From: Nitrospiraceae bacterium
Lineage (GTDB): Bacteria; Nitrospirota; Nitrospiria; Nitrospirales; Nitrospiraceae
DNA: 64,000 nt
Direction of reading: 5' to 3'
Assembly (NCBI GenBank): GCA_050246315.1
Contig: JBFWWG010000005.1
Coordinates: forward strand, 32,001-96,000
Positions 38,545 to 48,951 of the stretch are shown here, one piece after another. Numbering within the stretch: position 1 is the stretch's first letter; each line of letters begins with the position of its first letter. The notes beneath the pieces are model-generated. The model did no database searches and was not told the origin of the DNA. It saw only the letters and a list, made by a program, of their open reading frames with translations. The translations under genes and the position numbers were made by a program.

Positions 38545-39648
38545 ATGAAAGCCGTCGCTGTGATCCCAGGACAACCGAACTCCCTCCATCTGGCTGATTT
38601 GCCGAAACCGTCGGTCCACGACATCCCGCACGGGCGCGGGGTGTTGGTGCAGGTCCTACGGGTCGGCGTGGATGGAACGGACAAGGAGATCAACGCCGCG
38701 GAATACGGGCAGGCGCCTCCGGGCGATGAATTCTTGGTGATCGGGCACGAATGTTTTGGCCGGGTCGTGGAGGTCGGGATGAACGTATCGGAATTGACGC
38801 CGGGAGATTACGTCGTTCCGACCGTGCGGCGTCCCGGATTGAGCCTCTACGATCAGATCGGCCAGTACGATATGACGACCGATAATATCTATTACGAGAG
38901 GGGCATCAATCTTCGCCATGGCTACTTGACGGAATACTTCGCGGAGGATCCGGAGTATCTCGTCAAGGTTCCCAAGGGACTCAAGGACGTAGCCGTGCTC
39001 TTGGAGCCGACGTCGATCGTCGAGAAGGGCATCCTTCAGGCCTACGAGACGCAACGCCGGTTGAAAATTTGGCGGCCAAAGCGTGCCGCGGTGCTTGGAG
39101 CCGGCACGGTGGGACTCTTGGCGGCCCTGTCGCTAAGGATGAAGGGACTTCAAGTGACCGCGTTTGGCCGGTCGAAGGCGCCGAATCGCAACACGGAATT
39201 ACTGGAGGAGATTGGCGTGCGGTATGTCTCCACCCAAGATCAATCGATCAGAGCGGCTGCGGAACAGTATGGTCCGTTCGATCTCATGTTCGAGGCGACC
39301 GGAGCGGCGCCGATCGTCTTCGAGGCCATGGAATGTCTCGGCAAAAACGGCGTATTGATTCTGGCAAGTGTCACGGGCGGATCGAAGAAGATCGAGATTC
39401 CGGCCGACATGATCAACCTGGGCTTCGTACTGGGAAACAAGGTGGCGATCGGGACTGTGAACGCCAATCGGGAGTACTTCGAAGCCGGCGTCTATGATTT
39501 CTCACGGGCCGAGCTCGAATATCCAGGGTGGCTTTCCAAGCTGCTGACCCATCCGGTAGAGGGGTTGGACCAGTACCGCCGGATGATGAAGCTGCTCACC
39601 GAGGAGAAAGGCGCGATCAAGGTGTATGTGAACGTGGCCGGCCAGTGA
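38545..39648 (+). CDS. Zn-dependent glucose 1-dehydrogenase (MDR family)
   Basis: VGVDGTD, GHE, VPTVRRP, ERGI, GTVNAN. Confidence 0.85.
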   Translation: MKAVAVIPGQPNSLHLADLPKPSVHDIPHGRGVLVQVLRVGVDGTDKEINAAEYGQAPPGDEFLVIGHECFGRVVEVGMNVSELTPGDYVVPTVRRPGLSLYDQIGQYDMTTDNIYYERGINLRHGYLTEYFAEDPEYLVKVPKGLKDVAVLLEPTSIVEKGILQAYETQRRLKIWRPKRAAVLGAGTVGLLAALSLRMKGLQVTAFGRSKAPNRNTELLEEIGVRYVSTQDQSIRAAAEQYGPFDLMFEATGAAPIVFEAMECLGKNGVLILASVTGGSKKIEIPADMINLGFVLGNKVAIGTVNANREYFEAGVYDFSRAELEYPGWLSKLLTHPVEGLDQYRRMMKLLTEEKGAIKVYVNVAGQ

Positions 39649-39913
39649 AGGAAGCAATTCATTGGTCATCAGTCATCGGTCAATCTCGTGAGGGCAAAGT
39701 ACTCCGGCCGGGTTCCTCCATAAGTACCGCCTGATGTCCAAGGGATGGTACGGACGGAGAATGTCCTTCAGCATAGAGCTTCTTCGGGGGAGATCCATCG
39801 CACCCGGAGGACCCGCAATGGGTGCCCCAATACAACGAGCGGGCTTTTACAGCATCGTGCCAGTTTGGCGATTGACACTTCACGGAGGAGCCACCATGAT
39901 ACGGGAAGACACC

Positions 39914-40642
39914 ATGACCAATGTGCCGGCGCAGCCGACGACCTCCACGTCCTCCGCTCAACCCTCCAGTTCGGGAAGGATGATCCTGTTGCTGCTGATT
40001 GCGGCGGGCATCGGCGCCTTTTTCTACTTTGATTTGGGACGGTTCCTGTCGTTGGACGCACTCAAAGCCAATCGTGATCACCTGCTGGCGTTTACAGAGG
40101 CCAACGCCGGAATTGCGGCGGCCTTGTTTGTGGTGATCTATGTGGTCGTGACGGGCCTGTCGCTTCCGGGCGCGGTGATTTTGACCCTGGCCGGTGGGTT
40201 CCTCTTCGGAAGCCTCTTCGGGACCATGCTGGTGAACATCGGCGCCACCACCGGCGCCACTCTGGCCTTCCTGACGGCTCGGTACCTGTTGCGGGATTGG
40301 GTCGAACAGAAGTTCGGGAGCAAGCTCGGTTCCATCCAAGAGGGGTTCGCGAACAACGCGTTCAGCTACCTGATGACGTTACGCTTGATCCCGCTCTTTC
40401 CGTTTTTTCTCGTGAATATGGTCTCGGGCCTGACTAGGGTCAGCGTCGGCACCTACGTGGCGGCCACAGCCATGGGGATCATTCCCGGAAGCTTCGTCTA
40501 TGCCTATGCCGGCCGGCAGTTGGGCACGATCAACTCGCTCAAAGAGATCGCCTCGCCGAACGTGCTGCTCGCCTTCACCTTGCTGGGAATCCTGGCGATG
40601 GTGCCGGTCCTGTACAAGAAGTTTACGGCCAAGCGGGCGTAA
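39914..40642 (+). CDS. TVP38/TMEM64 (VTT) membrane protein
   Basis: LSLPGA...TLAGGFLFG, LRLIPLFPFFLVN; start uncertain. Confidence 0.88.
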   Translation: MTNVPAQPTTSTSSAQPSSSGRMILLLLIAAGIGAFFYFDLGRFLSLDALKANRDHLLAFTEANAGIAAALFVVIYVVVTGLSLPGAVILTLAGGFLFGSLFGTMLVNIGATTGATLAFLTARYLLRDWVEQKFGSKLGSIQEGFANNAFSYLMTLRLIPLFPFFLVNMVSGLTRVSVGTYVAATAMGIIPGSFVYAYAGRQLGTINSLKEIASPNVLLAFTLLGILAMVPVLYKKFTAKRA

Positions 40643-40666
40643 GCCGACCGGATCGACAACGGCCTG

Positions 40667-42280
40667 ATGCAATTGACAAGACGTGCTATGAGGCCCAGTA
40701 TGCAGACCTTACTGATGAATACTCCCGAAACCAACCAGGAGCGAGTCACTGTTCAACCGATGGATGAGCATAACATCGCGTTGGTCAACAACGTGCATCC
40801 GTCGGACTGGGTCAACCCGCAGCCTGAGGGGAAGTACAACGTCGTCGTCATCGGCGCCGGCACCGCCGGGCTCGTGACCGCGGTGATTGCCGCCGGGGTC
40901 GGGGCCAAGGTGGCCTTGATCGAACGGCACCTGATGGGCGGAGACTGTTTGAACGTGGGATGTGTGCCCTCCAAGGGAATCATCCGTGCCGCAACGGCCT
41001 GGACCGACGTGAAGCGTGCCGAGGAATTCGGCCTGCATATACCCCCCGGCATCAAGTACGACTTCGGCGCGGCAATGGCGCGAATGCGCAAGTTGCGGGC
41101 CAGAATCAGCCGCACGGACTCCGCCCATCGCTACAAGAGTCTGGGCGTGGATGTGTATGTCGGGGACGCTAAGTTTCTGGGAGCGGACCGTATTGCAGTC
41201 ACTGGACGGGCGGGAAATCGGACCGTGCAGTTCGTCAAGGCGGCGATCTGCACTGGCGCCAGGGCTTCCGACCCTCCGGTTCCCGGGTTGCGCGAGGCCG
41301 GGTACTTGACGAATGAAACCGTGTTTACGTTGACGGAGCTGCCCTCGCGGCTGGGCGTGATCGGGGCCGGTCCGATCGGGTGCGAGCTGGCGCAGGCCTT
41401 CGCGCGGTTCGGCAGCCAGGTCTATCTGGTCGAAGCGATGCACGGCATCATGCCCAATGAAGACCGGGATGCCGCGGAGATCGTGCTCAAGTCCATGCAG
41501 CGCGACGGGGTCACATTGCTCTGCTGCGGGAAGGATCTCAAGGTGGGCAAGACCGGTGCGGGGAAGCGTTTGATGGTGGATTCGCACGGACAGCAGTACA
41601 TTGTGACGGTGGATGAAATCCTGGTCGGCGTGGGCCGAACGCCGAACGTCGAGGGGCTTGGCCTCGAAGCGGTCGGGGTCGAGTACGACAAGGCCGGCGT
41701 CAAGGTGAACGACCGCCTCCAGACGACCAACCCGCGCATCTATGCCGCAGGCGACATCTGTTCGCGGTACAAGTTCACCCATGCGGCTGATGCCATGGCT
41801 CAGATCGTGATCCAGAATGCGCTGTTTCCCCATCCGTTCGGGATGGGCTATGCGAGCGTGGATTCGCTCACCATGCCCTGGTGTACCTTTACTGAGCCGG
41901 AGGTGGCGCACGTCGGGCTCTATGAGGAAGAGGCGAAGAAGAAGGGCATCGAGATCGAAACCTATACCTACAAATTGGACGAGGTGGACCGGGCGATTCT
42001 TGATGGTGAGGATGAAGGATTCGCGCGTGTGCACATTCAGAAAGGCTCGGATAAGATCCTGGGCGCGACGATCGTGGCGGCCCACGCCGGAGACATGATC
42101 GGCGAGTTTTCAGTGCTCATGAAAGCCGGTGCCGGTGCCAAGACCCTGGCCTCGACCATCCATCCCTATCCGACCCAGGCCGAGGTCAACAAGAAGGCGG
42201 TGAATCTGTGGCGCAAGGCCCACTTCACGCCTCGGACCAAGGCCCTGCTCATGAAGCTGTTTGCTTGGATGCGGCGGTAG
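40667..42280 (+). CDS. pyridine nucleotide-disulfide oxidoreductase (MerA/LpdA-like)
   Basis: GAGTAG, GGDCLNVGCVPSK, GAGPIGCE, HPYPTQAE; start uncertain. Confidence 0.9.
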   Translation: MQLTRRAMRPSMQTLLMNTPETNQERVTVQPMDEHNIALVNNVHPSDWVNPQPEGKYNVVVIGAGTAGLVTAVIAAGVGAKVALIERHLMGGDCLNVGCVPSKGIIRAATAWTDVKRAEEFGLHIPPGIKYDFGAAMARMRKLRARISRTDSAHRYKSLGVDVYVGDAKFLGADRIAVTGRAGNRTVQFVKAAICTGARASDPPVPGLREAGYLTNETVFTLTELPSRLGVIGAGPIGCELAQAFARFGSQVYLVEAMHGIMPNEDRDAAEIVLKSMQRDGVTLLCCGKDLKVGKTGAGKRLMVDSHGQQYIVTVDEILVGVGRTPNVEGLGLEAVGVEYDKAGVKVNDRLQTTNPRIYAAGDICSRYKFTHAADAMAQIVIQNALFPHPFGMGYASVDSLTMPWCTFTEPEVAHVGLYEEEAKKKGIEIETYTYKLDEVDRAILDGEDEGFARVHIQKGSDKILGATIVAAHAGDMIGEFSVLMKAGAGAKTLASTIHPYPTQAEVNKKAVNLWRKAHFTPRTKALLMKLFAWMRR

Positions 42281-42290
42281 CGAGGCTGGC

Positions 42291-43040
42291 ATGAGCGTGA
42301 GGTGGCCCATTGTTTCTGCCGCCCTGCTCAGCCTTGCAGCGACGGTCTCAGCTCAGTCTCCGGCCATGCTGGAGGTCGGCCTGTTTTCGCGGGCTGCTTC
42401 AAGTGATGGGCTGCCTGCCGGATGGAAACCCCTCACGTTTAAGAATGTCCCCAAGCCCACTCGATATCAATTGGTGAAGGACGGCGAGACCCTCGTGGTT
42501 AAGGCTGTCTCGGAGGCCGCGGCCAGCGGCCTGATCAGGGAAATCAAGATCGATCCAAAGGAGTATCCGATCGTGCAGTGGCGCTGGAAGGTGGCCAACG
42601 TGCTGAAAAAGGGCGACGTGACGAAGAAAAGCGGCGACGACTATCCGGCGCGCCTATACATCACGTTTGAATATGATCCGGAGCGGGCCGGTCTTTTTGA
42701 GAAGGCGAAGTTTCAGGCAGCGAAGGCCATCTTCGGTCCCGATGTGCCGTTTCGCGCGCTGAACTATATCTGGGAAAGCAAAGCGGCGAAGGGCAGCATC
42801 ATCCCCAATCCCTACACTGACTGGACGATGATGGTCGTCGTGGAAAGCGGGACGGCCGGTCTCAATGAATGGATCACCGAAGAGCGGAATCTCGCCGAGG
42901 ATTTCAAGAAGGCCTTCAACGAGCCTCCCTTGATGGTCTCGGGCGTGGCCATCATGACCGATACGGACAATACCCAAGAGCAGGCCACGGCCTACTACGG
43001 CGACATCACCTTCAAAAAAGCGCCGTCAGGCTCTCCGTAA
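42291..43040 (+). CDS. DUF3047 domain secreted protein
   Basis: WRWKV, GDDYPAR, LNYIW, IMTDTDNT, YYGDI. Confidence 0.88.
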   Translation: MSVRWPIVSAALLSLAATVSAQSPAMLEVGLFSRAASSDGLPAGWKPLTFKNVPKPTRYQLVKDGETLVVKAVSEAAASGLIREIKIDPKEYPIVQWRWKVANVLKKGDVTKKSGDDYPARLYITFEYDPERAGLFEKAKFQAAKAIFGPDVPFRALNYIWESKAAKGSIIPNPYTDWTMMVVVESGTAGLNEWITEERNLAEDFKKAFNEPPLMVSGVAIMTDTDNTQEQATAYYGDITFKKAPSGSP

Positions 43041-43098
43041 GAAGTCTCCGCGCGATCAGACCAATCGATGAAACGGTGGTCTTCATGGGGGAGGGTGC

Positions 43099-44313
43099 GT
43101 GTCTCGTCGATCGGCCAGCATCGTGCTGCTCTGTTGGGGGATGGCGGTCCTGCCGGGCTGCCTCTCGCCCATCGCCATGCACAGGGCGGTGATCGAGTAC
43201 GATCGCACGGTCAGTTACGTCGAAGCGGATTTGCTGTTGTTGAACATCGCCAGGGCTCGTTATCATCGACCAGTACATTTCACTGCGGTATCGAGCGTGG
43301 CGGCCACGTTCGACTTCCGCACCAACGCGGGGATCAGCGGCGGATTCGGCCCTGCTCCGGAAGCTGCAGAGCGGGCGATCAATCTCGAATACAGCTCGAG
43401 TGTCGCTGAGAACCCCACGATCACGATCGTGCCGATCACCGGCGAAGAATTCACCAAACGCGTGTTGCGACCGCTCGACGAGGACAAGTTCGAATTTCTC
43501 GTCCATCAGGGGTACGACATCAACATGGTGCTGCGGCTCATGGCTCGCGGCATCGCGGTGGAGACCGAAGAAGGCTCACGTGTGTTGTTCAACCAACCCT
43601 CGCAGGGGGAAGGGTACGTCGAATTTCGGCGTCGTCTCTTGCATTTGGCCGGACTGGACGCAGAGCGAAAGCTGTTCGTTGAACCGATCCTCTTTGAAGA
43701 GTCGCAGACCGTCAGAACGAACCGTCCGCCGAATCCCGACGAAGTCGTCGGCGCGCTGGAAAAAGGGTTTCGCTGGGAGGGCGACCAAGATGGGAAGATC
43801 CACACGGTGCGCCGCAAGGCGGTCGGCAGGTTGCTCATCGCCAACTACGATACCAAGCGGCTGTCCAACGAGGAACGGCGCAGGCTGCACGAAGAAGCCC
43901 AACGATACCCGCCGGACTATATGATGGTGGACATCCGGCAAGGCTTTCCGGGAGGCGACTATCCATTGCACGGATCGATTTTGCTCCGCAGCATGAATGC
44001 GATCATCGGGTTCGTGGCTCGCAGCATCGAGGAGGAGCCGGAAATGATGGTGCCGCCCGACTCGCGCACCAGAACGGTCGTGCGCAATCCGGCCAGAACA
44101 CTCGAAATCGATGAATCCACGTCGAAGCCAGGCGATTACGAGTTCTCCGTGTCCTTTGACGGACGCTACTACTCGATTCGCAAATTCCCCGTCAGCGAAG
44201 GGATGTCGCCGAGTTGGAATCAGGAGGCCTTTGCGGTACTGTCCAATCTATTTCAAATGACGGTGACGGATTTGACCCGCTATCCGACCCCAGCCATCGC
44301 GATCGCGAAATAG
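43099..44313 (+). CDS. hypothetical lipoprotein
   Basis: LPGC lipobox; LLLNIARARY, ENPTITIVP. Confidence 0.75.
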   Translation: MSRRSASIVLLCWGMAVLPGCLSPIAMHRAVIEYDRTVSYVEADLLLLNIARARYHRPVHFTAVSSVAATFDFRTNAGISGGFGPAPEAAERAINLEYSSSVAENPTITIVPITGEEFTKRVLRPLDEDKFEFLVHQGYDINMVLRLMARGIAVETEEGSRVLFNQPSQGEGYVEFRRRLLHLAGLDAERKLFVEPILFEESQTVRTNRPPNPDEVVGALEKGFRWEGDQDGKIHTVRRKAVGRLLIANYDTKRLSNEERRRLHEEAQRYPPDYMMVDIRQGFPGGDYPLHGSILLRSMNAIIGFVARSIEEEPEMMVPPDSRTRTVVRNPARTLEIDESTSKPGDYEFSVSFDGRYYSIRKFPVSEGMSPSWNQEAFAVLSNLFQMTVTDLTRYPTPAIAIAK

Positions 44314-44400
44314 CACATGCTTCTACAAAAGCAAGCCGGGCGGTGCATCCTCAGGCAACCTGAGGGCTGAAATTCGTCAGGAGGGAGACCGAAACTGCCC

Positions 44401-45774
44401 ATGGGAAGCGCGCTCGTATACGACCGGTTGCAATTCGCCTTTACGGCGACGTTTCACTATTTGTTTCCCCAGCTCACGATGGGGCTGGCGCTGTTGCTTG
44501 TGTACTTCAGGACCAAGGCCGTGCAGAGCGGCGCATCGCACGATCGTGCGGTCGCTCGGTTCTGGACCAAAATCTTCGCCTTGAGCTTTGCCTTCGGGGT
44601 TGTGACCGGCATCCCGCTCGAATTTCAGTTCGGCACGAACTGGGCGAGATTCTCCACCTATGCCGGCGGAGTGATCGGTCAAACCTTAGCCATGGAAGGC
44701 CTGTTCGCCTTCTTCCTGGAATCGTCGTTTCTCGGGGTCCTCCTGTTCGGAGAAGGCCGATTCAGCGAGCGGCTCCAGTGGCTGGCGGCCCTATTGCTGT
44801 TCATCGGGTCGTGGCTCTCGGGGTTCTTCATTCTCGCGACCAATTCCTGGATGCAGCATCCGGTGGCCTACACCACCGGGGTCGACGGCCGCGTGCATGT
44901 GGAGAGCCTCCTGGGCCTCCTGACGAATCCATGGCTGCTCTGGCAGTACACGCACAACATGACGGCGGCGGTTGTGACGGCGTCCCTGGCGATGGCCGCC
45001 GTCGGTGCGTTTTATCTGTTGTCCGGTCGCGAGATCGCCTATGGGCGGACGTTCGTGAAGACGGGCGTGGTCGCCGGGGCCATCGCCTCCTGCCTCATGG
45101 TCTTTCCGACCGGTCACGGTAATGCCAAGCAGGTGTTCGAACACCAACCGGTGAAGGGCGCTGCGATGGAGGGCCTGTTCCGAACCGAGCGGGGCGCCGG
45201 TCTGTTGCTGGTCGGACAGCCGAATATGGAAGCGATGACCATCGACAACCCGCTGGAAATCCCAAGTGGGCTCAGCTTTCTGGTTTATGACGAACTCTAT
45301 GCGCAGGTAAAGGGGCTCGATGCCTTCCCTCGCGAGGTCTGGCCCGACAATATTCCGTTGCTCTATTACTCATACCACGTGATGGTCGGACTCGGGACGA
45401 TCTTCATCGCGGTCATGGGAGGATCGCTGCTGATGCTTTGGCGGGGAGCGCTCTACGAGGCGCGATGGTTGTTGTGGAGCATGATGCTCCTCGCGCCGTT
45501 TCCCTGGATTGCGACTACCGCCGGGTGGATGACGGCTGAGCTTGGACGACAGCCTTGGCTCGTCTACGGCTTGATGCGAACCGCCGACGGATCGTCGCCG
45601 TTGGTGCACTCAGGCAATGCGCTCTTCACGCTGCTAGGATTCATGGGGCTCTACCTGCTTCTCGGCCTCTTGTTCGCCTTCCTGTTCCTCGAAACCATCT
45701 GGCATGGGCCTGGTCATCAGGCGCCGCAACAGGAGCCGGTGCGATCGCCCACTCCCCAGGGTAGCGGGACATAA
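44401..45774 (+). CDS. cydA: cytochrome bd ubiquinol oxidase subunit I
   Basis: FHYLFP, EFQFGTNW, AFFLES, KGAAMEG, ELGRQPW. Confidence 0.95.
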   Translation: MGSALVYDRLQFAFTATFHYLFPQLTMGLALLLVYFRTKAVQSGASHDRAVARFWTKIFALSFAFGVVTGIPLEFQFGTNWARFSTYAGGVIGQTLAMEGLFAFFLESSFLGVLLFGEGRFSERLQWLAALLLFIGSWLSGFFILATNSWMQHPVAYTTGVDGRVHVESLLGLLTNPWLLWQYTHNMTAAVVTASLAMAAVGAFYLLSGREIAYGRTFVKTGVVAGAIASCLMVFPTGHGNAKQVFEHQPVKGAAMEGLFRTERGAGLLLVGQPNMEAMTIDNPLEIPSGLSFLVYDELYAQVKGLDAFPREVWPDNIPLLYYSYHVMVGLGTIFIAVMGGSLLMLWRGALYEARWLLWSMMLLAPFPWIATTAGWMTAELGRQPWLVYGLMRTADGSSPLVHSGNALFTLLGFMGLYLLLGLLFAFLFLETIWHGPGHQAPQQEPVRSPTPQGSGT

Positions 45775-45776
45775 AC

Positions 45777-46841
45777 ATGGAAACATTATGGTTTGTCCTG
45801 TTGGCGTTCATGCTGACCGTCTACGTCGTCCTTGACGGGTTCGACTTCGGGACGGGCATCGTCTACCTGTTGGTCGCAAAGGAAGAAGCAGAACGAAGGG
45901 CGATCCTCGCAGCCATCGGTCCGGTGTGGAACGGGAACGAGGTCTGGCTGATCGCGTCGGGAGGGCTGATGTTTTTCGCCTTCCCTCGCGCCTATGCCGC
46001 GGGTTTCAGCGGCTTCTATCTGGCGCTGATCATCGTCCTATGGTTGTTCATTCTGCGAGGATTGTCGCTTGAACTCCGCTCACACTTCGACCAACCCCTC
46101 TGGACCGGCTTCTGGGACGCCGGCTTCGCCGTGGCCAGCCTGTTGCTGGCGATCGTGTTCGGTGCAGCCTTGGGCAACCTCATCCGGGGTGTTCCGCTCA
46201 ATGCCGAGGGATACTTCTTTACGCCTTTCTGGACGGATTTTCTCCCTGGGCCGGAGCCCGGCATCCTGGACTGGTTTACCGTGCTCATGGCGCTGACCAC
46301 GACGTCGATTCTCACCCTCCATGGGGCGAACTATGTCGTGATGAAAACCAGCGGAGACACAGCCCGCCGGGCAGCGAGCCTGGCCGGGGTGGCCGGGCGG
46401 TTGGTCGTCGTCCAGACGCTTGTCGCATTGATCGCGGTGCCGTTCGTGCAGCCGACCATCCATGACAACTATGACGCCCACCCCCTCGGCTGGATCTTTC
46501 CACTCCTCGCCGTCGGCAGCCTCATCCTGGTGATCTGGTCTTCTCGTCACGGGCATGAGGTCGCCGCCTTCGGCGGGTCATCGTTGTTGATCGTTGGCCT
46601 CCTTGCCGCGACCGCCTGGGGCCTCTATCCTAATTTGCTGGTGACGACCGGTGGGGATTCGGGGAACAGTATGACGATCCACAATGCCGCCGCGTCGCCC
46701 CATGGCTTGGCCATCGGGATCTGGTGGTTTTGCCTGGGGATCGCCCTGGTCGCACTGTATTCGGTATCCGTCCATCGTCTGTTCTGGGGGAAAGTCTCGG
46801 AGCAGGCTCGCCGGGAGTTCGCAGGGGACGGCAACGTATGA
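45777..46841 (+). CDS. cydB: cytochrome bd ubiquinol oxidase subunit II
   Basis: LDGFDFGTG, GPVWNGNEVWL. Confidence 0.95.
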   Translation: METLWFVLLAFMLTVYVVLDGFDFGTGIVYLLVAKEEAERRAILAAIGPVWNGNEVWLIASGGLMFFAFPRAYAAGFSGFYLALIIVLWLFILRGLSLELRSHFDQPLWTGFWDAGFAVASLLLAIVFGAALGNLIRGVPLNAEGYFFTPFWTDFLPGPEPGILDWFTVLMALTTTSILTLHGANYVVMKTSGDTARRAASLAGVAGRLVVVQTLVALIAVPFVQPTIHDNYDAHPLGWIFPLLAVGSLILVIWSSRHGHEVAAFGGSSLLIVGLLAATAWGLYPNLLVTTGGDSGNSMTIHNAAASPHGLAIGIWWFCLGIALVALYSVSVHRLFWGKVSEQARREFAGDGNV

Positions 46842-46863
46842 ATCCCTCTCTATAGTCGAAACG

Positions 46864-46896
46864 CGAAGGGCCGGCCTGTGTGTGGCCGGCCCTTCG
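46864..46896. terminator. 13-bp hairpin between convergent genes
   Basis: cgaagggccggcc-tgtgtgt-ggccggcccttcg. Confidence 0.6.
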
Positions 46897-46925
46897 ACTC
46901 TAACGGGCGGAGCGTGGAGGGGAGG

Positions 46926-47231
46926 TTATTGAATCGAGTTCGCGTGATGGCCTGCAGTGATCTCGGCCCGGATCGAGTCGCCCGGCTTCTTGGAGCCTTT
47001 GAGGTGCTTGGTGTCCTTACTGACCAACATCTGAACCTCGTTGCCCTCATAGTCCTCAACGACGTAGAGATTGCCCTCGACCTTCGTGAGTTTCCCTTGA
47101 ACCGTGCGATGGGCCTTCCCCGGCTTACTGTCGAATTTCCGCTGGTTCTTCTTTTCGGCCGCTTCGGCATGAAGAGCCAGGGTGAACCCCGCGACCAGTA
47201 CCACCGCGATCATGGATTTCGTGAGCCGCAT
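46926..47231 (-). CDS. small secreted beta-rich protein
   Basis: Signal peptide; GAAGGAGG RBS. Confidence 0.7.
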   Translation of the reverse strand: MRLTKSMIAVVLVAGFTLALHAEAAEKKNQRKFDSKPGKAHRTVQGKLTKVEGNLYVVEDYEGNEVQMLVSKDTKHLKGSKKPGDSIRAEITAGHHANSIQ

Positions 47232-47489
47232 TGCCTTACCTCCTTCTCTTGGCGTCCGCAGCCAATCTGTCAATCGCCGCGGGAATCAGGATTTCCATAG
47301 CAGTGGCGCGACTTCGCAAGGCCTATGCCGGTAGGAGATACAACGCGTTCAAGCTGTTTCAGCCGCATTATCAGGAGGTTAGCCTGGAAGCTCTATTGGA
47401 GGAGAGACCGGCAGACGAAAGCGAAGGGAAAAAATGGACCTGTCCGTCCAAATGTGATCGGGTCGTTGAAACCGGAGTCTCGGTAGTGT

Positions 47490-48335
47490 ATGTCGGAACC
47501 CTTGCAGAAATCTGACGGGCGTGGCGAGATGACCTGGTTTGGAATCATGACGGTGATCCTGCTCGGGTTTGCCGGCGGCTGCTCCACGGTGCCCGCCACG
47601 TTTCACCCCAATCCGGCCATTCCGCCGCGCGCCTTCTCGCATCACCTCTGGGACGAGGTATTGAAGGCCCATGTGGCGGATGGGCAGGTGGATTATCAGG
47701 GAGTGGCCAAGGACAAACGGTTTGCGGAGTACCTGGCCACCCTCAACCAGATCGATCCAAATGAGCTGCCGACGCGAGCCGACCGGCTCGCGTTTTGGAT
47801 CAATGCCTATAACGCCTTTGCCGTTAAGGGTATCATCGACGGCTATTCACCCCGTTCCCTCTGGAGGCGTTACCGATTTTTCATCGCGCGTGATTATCGT
47901 GTCGGTGGGGAGACGATCAATCTCTACGATCTCGAGCGGTCGTTGCTGGTTCCCGGTTTCAAGGAGCCGCGCATTCATTTTGCGATCGTCTGCGCGTCGG
48001 CCTCCTGTCCCAAGCTGCGCTCGTCAGCTTACCTCGGAGAAGAACTCGACCGACAATTGGATGAAGCCGCCAGAGCTTTCATCAACGATCCCTCCAAGAA
48101 CCGGTTCGACCGGGAGAATCATGTCGCGCAGCTCTCCATGATCTTCAATTGGTTTACCGATGACTTCGTTGCCCACTCCGGTTCGGTGATGCAGTACGTC
48201 ATGCACTATGTGAACGATTCGACGCTGATCCATGAGCTCGGACAGTCCCCCTACACCATCGAATTCCTCGACTACGACTGGAGCCTGAACGGAACGCCGC
48301 CACGGAGCGTCGACGATGATCGTTCTGCCGGATGA
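47490..48335 (+). CDS. DUF547 domain lipoprotein
   Basis: LAFWINAYNA, EPRIHFAIVCASASCP, YDWSLN. Confidence 0.9.
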   Translation: MSEPLQKSDGRGEMTWFGIMTVILLGFAGGCSTVPATFHPNPAIPPRAFSHHLWDEVLKAHVADGQVDYQGVAKDKRFAEYLATLNQIDPNELPTRADRLAFWINAYNAFAVKGIIDGYSPRSLWRRYRFFIARDYRVGGETINLYDLERSLLVPGFKEPRIHFAIVCASASCPKLRSSAYLGEELDRQLDEAARAFINDPSKNRFDRENHVAQLSMIFNWFTDDFVAHSGSVMQYVMHYVNDSTLIHELGQSPYTIEFLDYDWSLNGTPPRSVDDDRSAG

Positions 48336-48951
48336 ACGTGAACCTGTTGCGCAGTTGCTGGGATTTCTCGAATACGGTGAACGGATAGCGCAGGCGTGTG
48401 CGACGGCGCAGGCCGCGCTTGTGACGGATCCCGACCATCGCCGGTTCTTACTCGGGCAAGCCAGACAGGAGGCGGTTCATGCGACTGTCCTTCGTGGCGC
48501 GATCGCTTGGTTGGCCCCGAGGCGGCTTGGCGCAACGCCGCTCTTATCGCCCCTAGAGAGCTATCGAGAATTACTGGAGGATGCGATCAACCGACGCGAT
48601 CTGCATGAAACGTTGATGGCGGAACAGCTCATCCTCGAAGGGTTGGGAGAGGCCATCTTGAGCCGGATCGAAGCCGGCCTGGTGAAGCGCGGCGCTCCCT
48701 TCGGGCGATTGAGGCGAATCCTGTTGCATCAAGAGGAAGCGCACCATGCGTTCGGGAGACGATTGCTCGATCGCGCAAGAGCGGAAGGGACGTTCCAACC
48801 CGATCGGTTCTGCGGCCGGGGCGAGGAGTACCTCGGCCTGGCGCATGACATGGTGTTGACACTCGCCTCGATATTTTCAACGATCGACGAGGACGCCTCG
48901 GCCTGGGCTGCCGATGTCCGACACTATGTGCCGGATTGGTGCTTTGGATGA
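48316..48951 (+). CDS. ferritin-like domain protein
   Basis: E...EAVH and E...EEAHH diiron-type ExxH pairs. Confidence 0.75.
   Translation: MIVLPDEREPVAQLLGFLEYGERIAQACATAQAALVTDPDHRRFLLGQARQEAVHATVLRGAIAWLAPRRLGATPLLSPLESYRELLEDAINRRDLHETLMAEQLILEGLGEAILSRIEAGLVKRGAPFGRLRRILLHQEEAHHAFGRRLLDRARAEGTFQPDRFCGRGEEYLGLAHDMVLTLASIFSTIDEDASAWAADVRHYVPDWCFG

Noticed and set aside
30335..42085. Long antisense ORFs (30335-31543, 33914-35224, 36177-37349, 40709-42085)
   Set aside because: Shadow frames of well-supported genes in GC-rich DNA, with no motifs.
40667..42280. merA mercury resistance
   Set aside because: No C-terminal Cys-Cys pair, no NmerA domain and no mer genes nearby.
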